IMG/VR virus record: IMGVR_UViG_3300025684_000012 | Origin: a virus | Reading direction: 5' to 3' (one strand) | DNA: 64,000 nucleotides | In this document: in pieces, positions 37,825 through 47,205 of the stretch | Layout: the number at the start of each line of letters is the position of its first letter | Numbering within the stretch: position 1 is the stretch's first letter | Translations under genes and position numbers: made by a program | The notes under the pieces: generated by a model | What the model was told of the DNA's origin: nothing | Database searches by the model: none | Seen by the model: only the letters and a program-made list of their open reading frames with translations

Positions 37825-38811
37825 CTATCGGTAGTCTTCTAACGAGAAATCTGTTCCATGCATTTTGTGTAAATCGCGGTCATGGTTGCTGTATACCAAT
37901 GTCTCTGGATCGTCTATCAGGAAGTCGCACGTCTTACAGTAGTCGGGATAATCTCCGGTACGGTGTCCTTCTCTCAGGGCTTCATACTCTTCACCAAAGA
38001 AGATATCTATTACACTCTCTTCAGAGGCATGACCTAACACGGCGTTTTCATCTTGACCTAATACCTGGCAGCATGGATGTACGGCACCAGTCTTACCCTT
38101 TTCCATACCACCAGCACGAATAACTAAGTCTGGTGAGAATGGGCGACCACAGGTTTTAATTCCACCAGCTCGAGCATTGTCTCCGATGTCATATACTCCA
38201 GACCAGTTGTGCATCTTCCAGATCTCAGTCTTAACGCCCAGTTCATCAACAAGCGCTTTGTACCGACTGAGTTCCTGGTCAATGTTACTATTATCTGTAA
38301 TAAGGTGATACGTAGCTACGACACAGCTAGATCCGGTTTCCTCAACATACGCCACCATTTCTTTAATATTCTGTTTAATTTTTTCGTACGCACCACCGAT
38401 GCTGTTATACATCCACTTAGAATAATCTTCCCCAGTAGAGCCGATGAACGAAAATCGATAGAAATCTAATCCAGCATCAACACAATCTCTCATGTACTGC
38501 CCTTCCATCTTAAACCCATTAGAGAATATAAATGCTTGAGCGTCATACTTCTTAACAACTTTAATGTACTCAGGTAAGTTCTTCGCCATCGTAGCTTCAC
38601 CCGATCCATCCAAGTTTACTACACGCAATCCGTATTGAGCACAATCCGCCACATACCTTTCGAATTCGTCTAGCTTCATGATGCGGCGGAAACGCTTATC
38701 ACGTCCGCCCTCTCGCAAATCTTGAGGGCACATTGAGCATGAGTAGTTACATCCCCCAGCAACCTCAATAACGGCTCGATCGATGTGAAAGTTCTCTCTA
38801 TTCATTTCCAT
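37825..38811 (-). CDS. radical SAM protein with SPASM/twitch domain
   Basis: CNYSCSMC; C-terminal CGRPF...PCC...CKTC. Confidence 0.9.
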   Translation of the reverse strand: MEMNRENFHIDRAVIEVAGGCNYSCSMCPQDLREGGRDKRFRRIMKLDEFERYVADCAQYGLRVVNLDGSGEATMAKNLPEYIKVVKKYDAQAFIFSNGFKMEGQYMRDCVDAGLDFYRFSFIGSTGEDYSKWMYNSIGGAYEKIKQNIKEMVAYVEETGSSCVVATYHLITDNSNIDQELSRYKALVDELGVKTEIWKMHNWSGVYDIGDNARAGGIKTCGRPFSPDLVIRAGGMEKGKTGAVHPCCQVLGQDENAVLGHASEESVIDIFFGEEYEALREGHRTGDYPDYCKTCDFLIDDPETLVYSNHDRDLHKMHGTDFSLEDYR

Positions 38812-39670
38812 AACGAATCCTCATATCCTGTTCATAGTTTATTGCTTTGGTTTTAGTGTGACCCAGAAAGTCTGAAAAATTGTCCATCCACCACCATATG
38901 TTCATGTGTTCCGTATCTATCGGGTGGACACGAACGGCATTAGGTGTATGGTATAGGGTGACGCCTTCTGGGCTAATAACTGCTGTGGGTCTTGCAAAGT
39001 TTTTTGCTACGTAGTGCCACATACCATCATAACATATACACAAGCGCGCTGTTGATATTAGATACATAGCTTCTCGTATAGGTGTGCGGTATGTTATCTC
39101 CTGGACATCAAATCCATTCTCTCTCAACTCAGTCATCAGCATACCCCAATCTCTAGCCGTAAATAAGCGTTTCCAGGTTCTTGGAGCTTCAGCGTTGAAT
39201 ACTGGTGTCCACACCACTATACGCTTGGTATTTGTAGGCTGAAAGGAACTCTTCCGGAAAATATAATTGTTGTCTGGTACGGGAGTACCGTCATTATCAT
39301 CATAAGCACCAGACTCAAACCAGAATCTATTCTTAGGGGAGTTCCCCGATCTAGCGGTAACTCGTGAGCGGCCGTCCTCTATAACAACATCATCAGCATA
39401 CTTCCAATCAGTATACCGGCCGGTTGAATTGAATACGTGGACAACTGTCACCCTTTCCTTGTCTACATAGAAATTGTGAAGATAGTTCATGCGCTCGATA
39501 ATGGTTTCCGGGTCTTCATAGTGATGGTAGTAATCCTCACCATGTTCCCAGTGCATCTCGAGCTCTATTTTTACACCCTCGCGTTGGGCATATGCGTGAC
39601 AGGAGTTAAGCGCCCACATAACGTCGCCAACACCTGGTGTGCCACGCCAACTCACCTTTTCAATTTTCAT
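38798..39670 (-). CDS. GT9 (heptosyltransferase)-like glycosyltransferase
   Basis: GVGDVM near the N-terminus; ICYDGMWHYVA....P.AVI. Confidence 0.55.
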   Translation of the reverse strand: MKIEKVSWRGTPGVGDVMWALNSCHAYAQREGVKIELEMHWEHGEDYYHHYEDPETIIERMNYLHNFYVDKERVTVVHVFNSTGRYTDWKYADDVVIEDGRSRVTARSGNSPKNRFWFESGAYDDNDGTPVPDNNYIFRKSSFQPTNTKRIVVWTPVFNAEAPRTWKRLFTARDWGMLMTELRENGFDVQEITYRTPIREAMYLISTARLCICYDGMWHYVAKNFARPTAVISPEGVTLYHTPNAVRVHPIDTEHMNIWWWMDNFSDFLGHTKTKAINYEQDMRIRYGNE

Positions 39671-39671
39671 A

Positions 39672-40022
39672 CTAACCCTGTGTGAGTTTCTTTATTTGTC
39701 TACCGGAACCTGTGTTAGCATATAACCCAAACCAAGCAGCACCAGCACCAACTACTACCGAGATCAAACCTGCTTGAGCTGTGTTTGGATCTGGTAGTGT
39801 CATAAACCAGTTAACGGTTTGATATAATATAACGATGTATGTGGTGATAAATGCTCTTGGGAAGATTCGCCAAGCATCTACAGCTTCAGCCAGGTCAAGT
39901 AGCGCTTGGTATCTATTTCCTAGTATTTGTTTTTGCGTGGTGTCGAATTCAACTTCCAGCGCGATTTTCTTTTTAATCGTTGCCGTTGGCTGTATTGGTT
40001 GTTGTAGTACTTCTTCAGTCAT
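39672..40022 (-). CDS. small membrane protein (holin-like)
   Basis: DAWRIFPR; two TM segments. Confidence 0.6.
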   Translation of the reverse strand: MTEEVLQQPIQPTATIKKKIALEVEFDTTQKQILGNRYQALLDLAEAVDAWRIFPRAFITTYIVILYQTVNWFMTLPDPNTAQAGLISVVVGAGAAWFGLYANTGSGRQIKKLTQG

Positions 40023-40023
40023 A

Positions 40024-41547
40024 TCAAAACACCTTTACTTCATATTTTTGTTCCCACAACTCCGCGTCGTGCTCATCGTTAACCATAGGGCGGCCACGAA
40101 TATTTAGTGAGGTATTAAGTAGCATAGGAACGCCTGTTCGTTCGTAGTATTCTTCGATCACCTTGCGAAAGACTGATTCACAGTCCTTCTTAACGATTTG
40201 AACACGAGCGGTACCATCTACATGAGTCACTGGTGCATAGTCGTGTTTAGCGACAGAAGTGAACTGCATATACTCGTTCATCGGGCCATCGAAGTATTCG
40301 CTAGCGAACTCTTCTAACACTGCAGGAGCGAACGGACGATACTTCTGTCGACGTTTGATGGTATTAACCGTGTCTTGCACATCATACCTAACATCAGCAA
40401 TCAGGGATCGATTGCCAAGAGCGCGAGGACCAAACTCAGCGCGACCATTAGCGATTCCGCAATATTTGTGTTGGAGAAGATGATCGACAACTTCTCGAGG
40501 ATTAATTTCTCTATCAATGTTGTATCCACAGTACGGACTCCATATAAGTTTATCATTGCCAGTTGCCTTTGCCCATGTCATAGCAGCAGTTCCTAGACCA
40601 GAGCCTGCATCAGTCGGGGATACTGCAATATGAACTTCGTCAAACAACTCGAATAAGCGAGAGTTGATAACAACGTTCTGAGCACAACCACCCGAATAGC
40701 ATAGCTTCTTACCGTATTTAGCTGCTTCAGTCATGATCTGCATAATTGCATAATCAGCGAAGTCCTGTGTTGCTCGAGCAGCAACTTTGTCTTCTACAGC
40801 ATTAACCTTTGCCCGCAACTCCTCACGGAATACTACGCGATCCTTTTCTCGTTGAGATTTCTCGATGTCCCCTACAGCAATCCCATACGCTACTTCAGGG
40901 GCTAGAGTAGATAGATCTTCCCACCAGTCAATCAACCAATCGGTGATAGCCTTTGATTCTGGGCATGTTTCTTGGTAGGCAGATAACCCCATAACAACAT
41001 ATTCATCTTCGAGTGGACGTAAGCCCAAGAATTTAGTTACGGTAGTATAAACGAGACCAACGGATTTAGGATAGTGCCACTCTTTGATTAGGTTGAAGTT
41101 GGAGTCCATAATCGTAGCACATTGGAGCTCTCCAACACCATCAATAGACACTAGCACAGTGTCGTGTTTGTCGTCCCATGGACGCGTATAGAACGCAGCT
41201 GCGCAATGAGATTCGTGGTGCTTGTGCTTAGCGTCGTATACAAGTGACTCTGGCACTACAACGCGGGAAAACCCTTCCTCCGCATCCCGAGGTTTGTTAT
41301 TAACAACCTTACTGATGTCGCCTTTGACCCCAGCGCCCCCACGCATATCAAACTTCACTGTATGATCTTCGTAGAATGAAACGTGGTCTTTGTCCGAAAC
41401 CATATCCCATAGCTCATCGGGAATAAGGGGGTCGTTTTTCTTCTTAGAGTACCGTTCGCCGTGAGTAGCAAACTCAACCTGACCGCTCTGATTTATTATC
41501 GCGAAGCCTGAGTCATGATAATGTTCACTGAAACCTACATATTTCAT
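40024..41547 (-). CDS. O-carbamoyltransferase (NodU/CmcH family)
   Basis: HDSG, ERYSKKKND, HHESH, SGGCAQN, EFGPRALGNRS, YRPFAP, LLNTSLN. Confidence 0.93.
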   Translation of the reverse strand: MKYVGFSEHYHDSGFAIINQSGQVEFATHGERYSKKKNDPLIPDELWDMVSDKDHVSFYEDHTVKFDMRGGAGVKGDISKVVNNKPRDAEEGFSRVVVPESLVYDAKHKHHESHCAAAFYTRPWDDKHDTVLVSIDGVGELQCATIMDSNFNLIKEWHYPKSVGLVYTTVTKFLGLRPLEDEYVVMGLSAYQETCPESKAITDWLIDWWEDLSTLAPEVAYGIAVGDIEKSQREKDRVVFREELRAKVNAVEDKVAARATQDFADYAIMQIMTEAAKYGKKLCYSGGCAQNVVINSRLFELFDEVHIAVSPTDAGSGLGTAAMTWAKATGNDKLIWSPYCGYNIDREINPREVVDHLLQHKYCGIANGRAEFGPRALGNRSLIADVRYDVQDTVNTIKRRQKYRPFAPAVLEEFASEYFDGPMNEYMQFTSVAKHDYAPVTHVDGTARVQIVKKDCESVFRKVIEEYYERTGVPMLLNTSLNIRGRPMVNDEHDAELWEQKYEVKVF

Positions 41548-41591
41548 TGTTCACCATATTTTATAGAATTAATATTGATTTAGGTGAACAA

Positions 41592-41599
41592 TATTTATA
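41592..41599 (-). promoter_or_regulatory. late promoter TATAAATA heading the carbamoyltransferase-glycosyltransferase operon
   Basis: Exact consensus 45 nt upstream of the ATG at 41547. Confidence 0.75.
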
Positions 41600-41605
41600 C
41601 CCGAT

Positions 41606-42181
41606 TTAACTTCCTGTGATATATTCGTACACAGCTTTCCAGTTGCTACAACGGGGGATGGTGTCGTGTTTATTGTAAACGTGTTCCATCAACAAAGGCT
41701 CGAGACCGAATTTAGCACCCGTCTCAGCGTTAGCAACAACGTCTTCGATCCAGATACATCCAGTGTCCTTATACTTGATTAGCTCTTCATCTTTATCAGC
41801 TCCAGTATCCAAGTATATGAACTTCTCGAATGCTGTACGGCCAAACAATTCAAGCAAGTTCTTGTTACGTAGATACTGAGCGTACGTATCAGTACTTAGG
41901 GAGGTGATGGCGTGAAACACATACCCATGCTCCTCATGCAGTTTACGTACATACTTGATGGCGTCCTTGTGAGGGGGCAGCTTTCGGATCTGAGCGGATT
42001 CGTTGAACATACGAACAAACATCCGGCCGGTTTTCTTATCCAGGTTGTATCGTTCGCCAACGTTATACACATCCGGATTCTTTAACTCAAACCCATGACG
42101 GGCCATCCATTGTTCAAAAGCATATCCCCAATCTAATAGGACGCCATCACAATCTACTAAAATTACTTTATCTCTATTCAT
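41606..42181 (-). CDS. HAD-family 5'(3')-deoxyribonucleotidase-like protein
   Basis: VDCDGVLLDW, WIED. Confidence 0.8.
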   Translation of the reverse strand: MNRDKVILVDCDGVLLDWGYAFEQWMARHGFELKNPDVYNVGERYNLDKKTGRMFVRMFNESAQIRKLPPHKDAIKYVRKLHEEHGYVFHAITSLSTDTYAQYLRNKNLLELFGRTAFEKFIYLDTGADKDEELIKYKDTGCIWIEDVVANAETGAKFGLEPLLMEHVYNKHDTIPRCSNWKAVYEYITGS

Positions 42182-42204
42182 TCAATACTCTCTTTCATAC
42201 TATA

Positions 42205-42396
42205 TTAATAATCGCCTTCGCGAACTCCCAACATTATACAATAAACTTCACTGGAAGTATACCCTAAATTTTCCAATTCAGTTTTCAACCCAGACCAGTC
42301 AGGGTTTTCGCTCTCGTATATGTAATACCGGACCGCGGCTTGCATGTATTGCTCTTTTCTATCCAACCCTTTCACCGAACTCTCACTCATATTCAT
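42205..42396 (-). CDS. hypothetical early protein
   Basis: ORF coupled to the upstream gene. Confidence 0.55.
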   Translation of the reverse strand: MNMSESSVKGLDRKEQYMQAAVRYYIYESENPDWSGLKTELENLGYTSSEVYCIMLGVREGDY

Positions 42397-42824
42397 TACG
42401 CTGCCTCTTCCGTTTCCACATAGCTGATATTGCTCTTGCCATCAGCATCCTGCAACCAAGTGCGAAAACCAATAACACGGTTGCTCATATCGTAACTCTT
42501 TTGATCTCGAACGCACTCTAGAACACCATTCTCTAGAGTGGCGTAGATAGCAGTGTCCCACTCCTCAACTACCCGATCAGGATCAAAGCAGACATCATCC
42601 ACCAAATTCTCGCCAATGATATACTCCTCAGAATAATCAGAGCGGTGTGCAATGCAACGACCCACAGCGGCATAGAAGCCAGCGTCCATCGCCTGTTGCA
42701 GAGTACACTCGACAACGTAGGTGTCACCACCTTTGTTCTTCCAGTACTGCGGGCACAAACCCTTGCCGTCCCAATCGTGGGCACCGTAGTTCTCGCGGAA
42801 TTGTGTGTGGATAACTAATTTCAT
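42396..42824 (-). CDS. conserved hypothetical early protein
   Basis: ENYGAHDWDGKG.CPQYWK.KGG.TY. Confidence 0.7.
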   Translation of the reverse strand: MKLVIHTQFRENYGAHDWDGKGLCPQYWKNKGGDTYVVECTLQQAMDAGFYAAVGRCIAHRSDYSEEYIIGENLVDDVCFDPDRVVEEWDTAIYATLENGVLECVRDQKSYDMSNRVIGFRTWLQDADGKSNISYVETEEAA

Positions 42825-42856
42825 AATTTTTACTCCAGTCTCTTTGAGTTTGATTG

Positions 42857-43105
42857 TTACGCCGCGTTTCCAAACAGCTGTGACATGCCTTCGTATACAA
42901 CGTTGTAAGCGCTTAGCTCGTACGACCAGTTGTAGTAGAACTCATCGTCGTCTTGCTCTTCACCGGGCAGGTTAATGTATTCAGCCCAGAGACGGTCCAT
43001 AGACTTCATACCTTCAAGACAGTCACCGTTTCCACGGCGAGCCATCATTTTCCACGCGTCGTCAAAAGACATCTCAACTTCGTAAAACTCAGGCAATCTA
43101 AACAT
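42857..43105 (-). CDS. hypothetical early protein
   Basis: Start adjusted to MFRLPE after the GAGAGAGA leader. Confidence 0.65.
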   Translation of the reverse strand: MFRLPEFYEVEMSFDDAWKMMARRGNGDCLEGMKSMDRLWAEYINLPGEEQDDDEFYYNWSYELSAYNVVYEGMSQLFGNAA

Positions 43106-43112
43106 ATCAATC

Positions 43113-43169
43113 TCTCTCTCAGTTCTCATTCAATATAGCTATTATACTTGTTTGAGTGACAAAGACAAC
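43113..43169 (-). promoter_or_regulatory. early promoter cassette copy 1 (TTGTCT-N16-TATAAT plus leader)
   Basis: 55/57 nt identical to 47516-47572. Confidence 0.8.
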
Positions 43170-43308
43170 AGGCAAAACACTTTTTTTTCAGTTTTTTTTC
43201 AATTATTTCGTGTTTTTTTGATGGTGTTCACGCGCAGTATTAGTGGGGCGCGTTTTAGGGGAGCCCTACTCCGAGCGAAGTAGGGGGGGGATTCTGTAGA
43301 TTATTGCA

Positions 43309-44127
43309 TTATTGCTGGGTTTTATACCGTCTATCATTCCAGTGCTGGACCATATCAATCTTCCAGTCACCGCCCGTATAATGACAAAACTTAGCCTTAT
43401 CCAAGAATTCTTGTTCTGTGCTGTAGTGGGGAGAGTCGTTCCATGTCTGGTCGATTGTTTCGATGTCAAACTCATGCTTAGCAAACATCGCTGAGATGTA
43501 TGGTTGATCATTCATAATAGACATATGGAAGTCGCCAGTGTAACACCATTCTTCCCAAGGGGTGAATAGCTCACGAGCTCGTAGTCGCGCTTCGCGGGAC
43601 CAGATCACTACACCAGTGTTCATGATAGTCATCTTGCTAGGGCGATTTGGTGGTAACGTTGGTAGTACCGGGCACCCATGCATTTCAAACTTCTTACGGA
43701 AGTTGTTGAAGGTATCACTGCTACTATCCCACGAGTTGTACCCCCCACCCGAAGCCGTTACGAAGTCAGACTCTAGCACACCATACACGTCAGCACCTGA
43801 TTGAGCTAAGTCGAAGATATTCTCGTCAGTGTTTACTACAATATCAGTATCGACAAATAGCACGTTATCGTATTGATCAAACATAGGGTCTAACCAGGTG
43901 CGCGCGCATTCGTGTAGTAGCGACGTATTACAACCATGACCTTTAGTGGTGATCCGCTCATCCCAGTACAGATGGTCTGCACCGATCTTATCAGCATACT
44001 GCTTGAACGATTCTCTAGATATCCGCGCACACTCTTGATACAAATCAGAGCGCTTCCAACCTTGTATATCGCCTCGCTTATCTACTTCGGGTGAAGTGAT
44101 CATATACTGTATAATAATATTTTTCAT
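43309..44127 (-). CDS. glycosyltransferase (GT8/GT34-like)
   Basis: LFVDTDIVV (DxD), NTGVVIW, NDQPYI, WN...FCHYTG. Confidence 0.8.
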   Translation of the reverse strand: MKNIIIQYMITSPEVDKRGDIQGWKRSDLYQECARISRESFKQYADKIGADHLYWDERITTKGHGCNTSLLHECARTWLDPMFDQYDNVLFVDTDIVVNTDENIFDLAQSGADVYGVLESDFVTASGGGYNSWDSSSDTFNNFRKKFEMHGCPVLPTLPPNRPSKMTIMNTGVVIWSREARLRARELFTPWEEWCYTGDFHMSIMNDQPYISAMFAKHEFDIETIDQTWNDSPHYSTEQEFLDKAKFCHYTGGDWKIDMVQHWNDRRYKTQQ

Positions 44128-44477
44128 TAATATTCCCAGGCGACCGCAGTGTCTTCGCGCCAATCCAAATGTACAAATGTTTTATTAACACCAATGCCGG
44201 TTGCTCCCAGCAATAGACCACACTTGATTATTTCATATCGCTCAGCTCCGCCGTTAACCTTAATGTCAACAGCCAGCCCTTGAGCGTGTGTTCCTGGTGT
44301 GAGCTTTCTAGCCTCAATTGGGTGTAGTGGACTACGGTATGCTGATGTTATGGTTAGAGGTCGTCCTACCATATCACGTAATTCCTGTATCTTATCGACT
44401 ACGTGTTTCTGTATGCCGTGTTCGCCGGTATGCTGACATTTAAATTCATCAGCAGTAAAATTTTTAGTCGAATACAT
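44127..44477 (-). CDS. peptidase M15 (possible endolysin)
   Basis: ITSAYRS, H..GLAVD, GIG....FVHLD. Confidence 0.9.
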   Translation of the reverse strand: MYSTKNFTADEFKCQHTGEHGIQKHVVDKIQELRDMVGRPLTITSAYRSPLHPIEARKLTPGTHAQGLAVDIKVNGGAERYEIIKCGLLLGATGIGVNKTFVHLDWREDTAVAWEY

Positions 44478-44478
44478 A

Positions 44479-45150
44479 CTAAAGCCCTAGTTCATTCTTA
44501 GCGATTATGTAGTCTTTCACTAGATCGCTTCTCACGATATCTTCAATCTGGAAGTCTATCATATCAAACTGATCCATTGATTTAAGTATCTTAAAAAAGT
44601 CATTTAAGCCCGACTGCTCGCGTTTGCCAGCGAAGTCGTCTTGCCTGAAATCCCCACAGAAGATAATTCTACAGTTAGTGCCTACGCGCGTCATAATACT
44701 GTCCAACTCGTGGAAGGTCATGTTCTGACATTCATCTACAAGTATCACAGCGTTATCTATTGTAATACCTCGAATAAATGAGGTTGTCATAAACTCCACA
44801 ACAAACTTCTGTTTGAGAATCTCATAGGCATCTCCACGCTCAAACATCTCGGCAGCGATATCTTTATAAGGTTCTTCGTATACAGCAGACTTCTCTTTGT
44901 CTGTTCCTGGTAGGAACCCGATATCCCTAGTCGGTACCGCTGAGCGAATGATAACCATTCGGGTTTGCTGCTTTTGTGCCAGGGCTCTGTAACCTAGATA
45001 GCACGCGACATAGGTTTTACCTGTGCCAGCTACACCGTGCATGATTAGGTGTTTTTCGCTATTGAATGCAATAGCTTGGTTACTTGTTAGTGGTTCTCTT
45101 AGTTGTACATTTAGCTGGTTACCAGCTAGCGTGGCAGCTTTTTTAGCCAT
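44479..45150 (-). CDS. phoH: PhoH family ATPase
   Basis: GVAGTGKT, IGFLPG, FIRG, DECQN, GDFRQ.D, DIVRS. Confidence 0.93.
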   Translation of the reverse strand: MAKKAATLAGNQLNVQLREPLTSNQAIAFNSEKHLIMHGVAGTGKTYVACYLGYRALAQKQQTRMVIIRSAVPTRDIGFLPGTDKEKSAVYEEPYKDIAAEMFERGDAYEILKQKFVVEFMTTSFIRGITIDNAVILVDECQNMTFHELDSIMTRVGTNCRIIFCGDFRQDDFAGKREQSGLNDFFKILKSMDQFDMIDFQIEDIVRSDLVKDYIIAKNELGL

Positions 45151-45159
45151 TGTAAACCT

Positions 45160-45396
45160 TTAAGTATTGATGGTGTTTTTCTTGCCTGCACCTTTTTTAA
45201 TATTATTCAGGTGAGATTCCCAGTCCTTACCAGCCATACTCAATGTAGATTTTGATTGAGATACCAGCCCAGGAGCGCTCGTATAGAAGCGCTCCCAGCC
45301 TGGGTTATCAATCAACCAATTATCATAATTAGATATGGACAAGAACTGTTCGCAGACCTCTCCCGTCTCTTTGTTTCTAAATTCATAGCTAGGCAT
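45160..45396 (-). CDS. conserved small protein (FmdB-like N-terminus)
   Basis: MPSYEFRNKETGE. Confidence 0.7.
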   Translation of the reverse strand: MPSYEFRNKETGEVCEQFLSISNYDNWLIDNPGWERFYTSAPGLVSQSKSTLSMAGKDWESHLNNIKKGAGKKNTINT

Positions 45397-45487
45397 TGTT
45401 TATATCACTCTTTCGAATAACCCATTTATTACGAAGTTCACTACGACAAGACATTCACCCAGTCTTGAAGAGATTGGGATCACCTCC

Positions 45488-45631
45488 TTATCTCGAAATT
45501 TCCTGAATAGTTTGGGTTAAAAAACTACAGTGTGTTGCTAAATCTACCGTTCGTCTATTTTTGTTGACTACTTGGGCGAATCGCTTCAATTCGTTTCGTT
45601 GTTTTTCTAACTCTTCTTGGATTTCCGACAT
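45488..45631 (-). CDS. 47-aa hypothetical protein
   Basis: AAGGAG SD; MSEIQEELEKQRNELKRFAQ...QEISR; read manually. Confidence 0.6.
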   Translation of the reverse strand: MSEIQEELEKQRNELKRFAQVVNKNRRTVDLATHCSFLTQTIQEISR

Positions 45632-45742
45632 AAAGTCTCCTTTAGTTTTTATTAGTGAAATTTACCGTTTAAACGTTAGGCTCTGTATTCGAATGATGCT
45701 CCTGTTAGGTGGTTGATGGGAAGGGTTATATACTAATACTTA

Positions 45743-46168
45743 TCACTGACGGATAAGTTCTGGGAAAGCCTCTTGTACTAATTTTTTAGTAAGATACTTT
45801 ACCTTCAGATCTTTGTCTTTCATATTGCAAACAAGCTGAGCGTCGGTGGGGTGAATGGCTTCCAACAGCTGAATAAACTTCTGTTCGCGACGGACTGCAG
45901 GGAGGGCATCTCCGGTACCACCTACGATAAACAATCCTAGTTCCTTGTGCTTCTTCAATAGGGTAGACGGTACGGATTCCGGTTTATTCGGCTCGTACGG
46001 AGGTGCGCCTTCTGGTAGGTTGAACTGTAGGGTGTCATCAAAAGATGCGCGCAGAACGTCTTTCAGCGCCCAGACATCGCTGTATTGTTGAAGCACCGAT
46101 ATACGGTCCTTTTTGCTTTTGGCTTGGCTAAACTTTTCAATTATTTCGTAAACTTCAATACGTCTCAT
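45743..46168 (-). CDS. conserved hypothetical T4-like protein
   Basis: LPEGAPPY, RREQKFIQLLEAIHP.DA, EAFPEL. Confidence 0.75.
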   Translation of the reverse strand: MRRIEVYEIIEKFSQAKSKKDRISVLQQYSDVWALKDVLRASFDDTLQFNLPEGAPPYEPNKPESVPSTLLKKHKELGLFIVGGTGDALPAVRREQKFIQLLEAIHPTDAQLVCNMKDKDLKVKYLTKKLVQEAFPELIRQ

Positions 46169-46216
46169 TTTAAGCTCCTCATTATCAAATGGTGATATAT
46201 CTATAAGTTAGTTATC

Positions 46217-46486
46217 TTACAAATTGTATATTTGGTAGCAGCGATACTGTATATTTCGTATTGTTATATTCTCGCTATTAACACAATCAGTAATCAATTC
46301 ACGAGCAATACTTTTATACAGTTCTCTGTCCGCTGCAGTATCCCTATTATATTTGTTGAGCTCAATCAACTGGGCTTTCATCATTTGATTCTGCTTGAAT
46401 GTATCCACCACATGCAGGGTAAATGCACTAAACAATGCAATTGATAATATGAGTACTGCACGTCGGATAGTAGTTGTAGATCTCAT
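46217..46486 (-). CDS. hypothetical protein with N-terminal TM segment and coiled coil
   Basis: ORF track. Confidence 0.55.
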   Translation of the reverse strand: MRSTTTIRRAVLILSIALFSAFTLHVVDTFKQNQMMKAQLIELNKYNRDTAADRELYKSIARELITDCVNSENITIRNIQYRCYQIYNL

Positions 46487-46530
46487 GATAGGAACTCCCG
46501 CTATATTACTATATAGGGGAGTCTGGAGTT

Positions 46531-46749
46531 CTATACAGGCAGTTGTGAGACTCTTTGTTTCTTGAATGTACGGCCCTTCGTTGAGAAGATGTTAGACTTG
46601 AAAGGAAAGAACTCGCCACCCTCTTCTCTCTGATACCCGTGTAGACGAGTGTTTCGATCAGAGACATAATAAATGTAGTTATTCACTTTGAAGCCGCAGC
46701 CTTCCCACTTTGTGGTTTCTGTCAACTTATAATAATGCATATCACTCAT
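46531..46749 (-). CDS. hypothetical early protein
   Basis: ORF track. Confidence 0.6.
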   Translation of the reverse strand: MSDMHYYKLTETTKWEGCGFKVNNYIYYVSDRNTRLHGYQREEGGEFFPFKSNIFSTKGRTFKKQRVSQLPV

Positions 46750-46882
46750 ATCTCTGACCCTTCGTTGGTTTGTTTATCTGCATAAAAAGTACACACTGAG
46801 ACATCGTTCCGCGGAACATCGGCCGATTGTACCGATGTCGTCTAACTTCGTAAAGTCCATCCCCTATCTTTATGATATGCAT
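46742..46882 (-). CDS. 46-aa hypothetical protein
   Basis: MHIIKIGDGLYEVRRH...; overlaps both neighbours and fills the gap. Confidence 0.45.
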   Translation of the reverse strand: MHIIKIGDGLYEVRRHRYNRPMFRGTMSQCVLFMQINKPTKGQRYE

Positions 46883-47124
46883 CATTTCACCTGTATTACT
46901 TTACCGACTTCTAAATCAGGAGCATTCTCTTTCTTGTAGAAGAACACTGAGACATCATCACGTCCCTTCACGCGAGCAAAGTACCAATCGATCTCATCGC
47001 GCAGCTCACAAGCCTTACTACGTCCAAGAACTTCAACGCGATTGAGTAATTCCTGGAAGTCCTTGCGTCCTTCGTTACTTTCTAGAACTGCATCAATCAC
47101 ATACTTCTGTACTGTATCTACCAT
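46882..47124 (-). CDS. hypothetical early protein
   Basis: GAGGA SD; promoter TTGACT-N17-GATAAT at 47159-47187. Confidence 0.6.
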   Translation of the reverse strand: MVDTVQKYVIDAVLESNEGRKDFQELLNRVEVLGRSKACELRDEIDWYFARVKGRDDVSVFFYKKENAPDLEVGKVIQVK

Positions 47125-47205
47125 AATTATATCCTCATCGACTCAAATTTACAGGAGCATTATCTAACGTATTACAACGTAAGTCAACGCTATTATACAA
47201 AATAA

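Noticed and set aside
45405-45475. Hammerhead ribozyme (three-way junction with GAAA)
   Set aside because: The required CUGANGA core is absent; the linker reads TCGTAGTGA
45477-45490. 16S rRNA gene fragment
   Set aside because: Only 14 nt match and the flanks do not resemble rRNA
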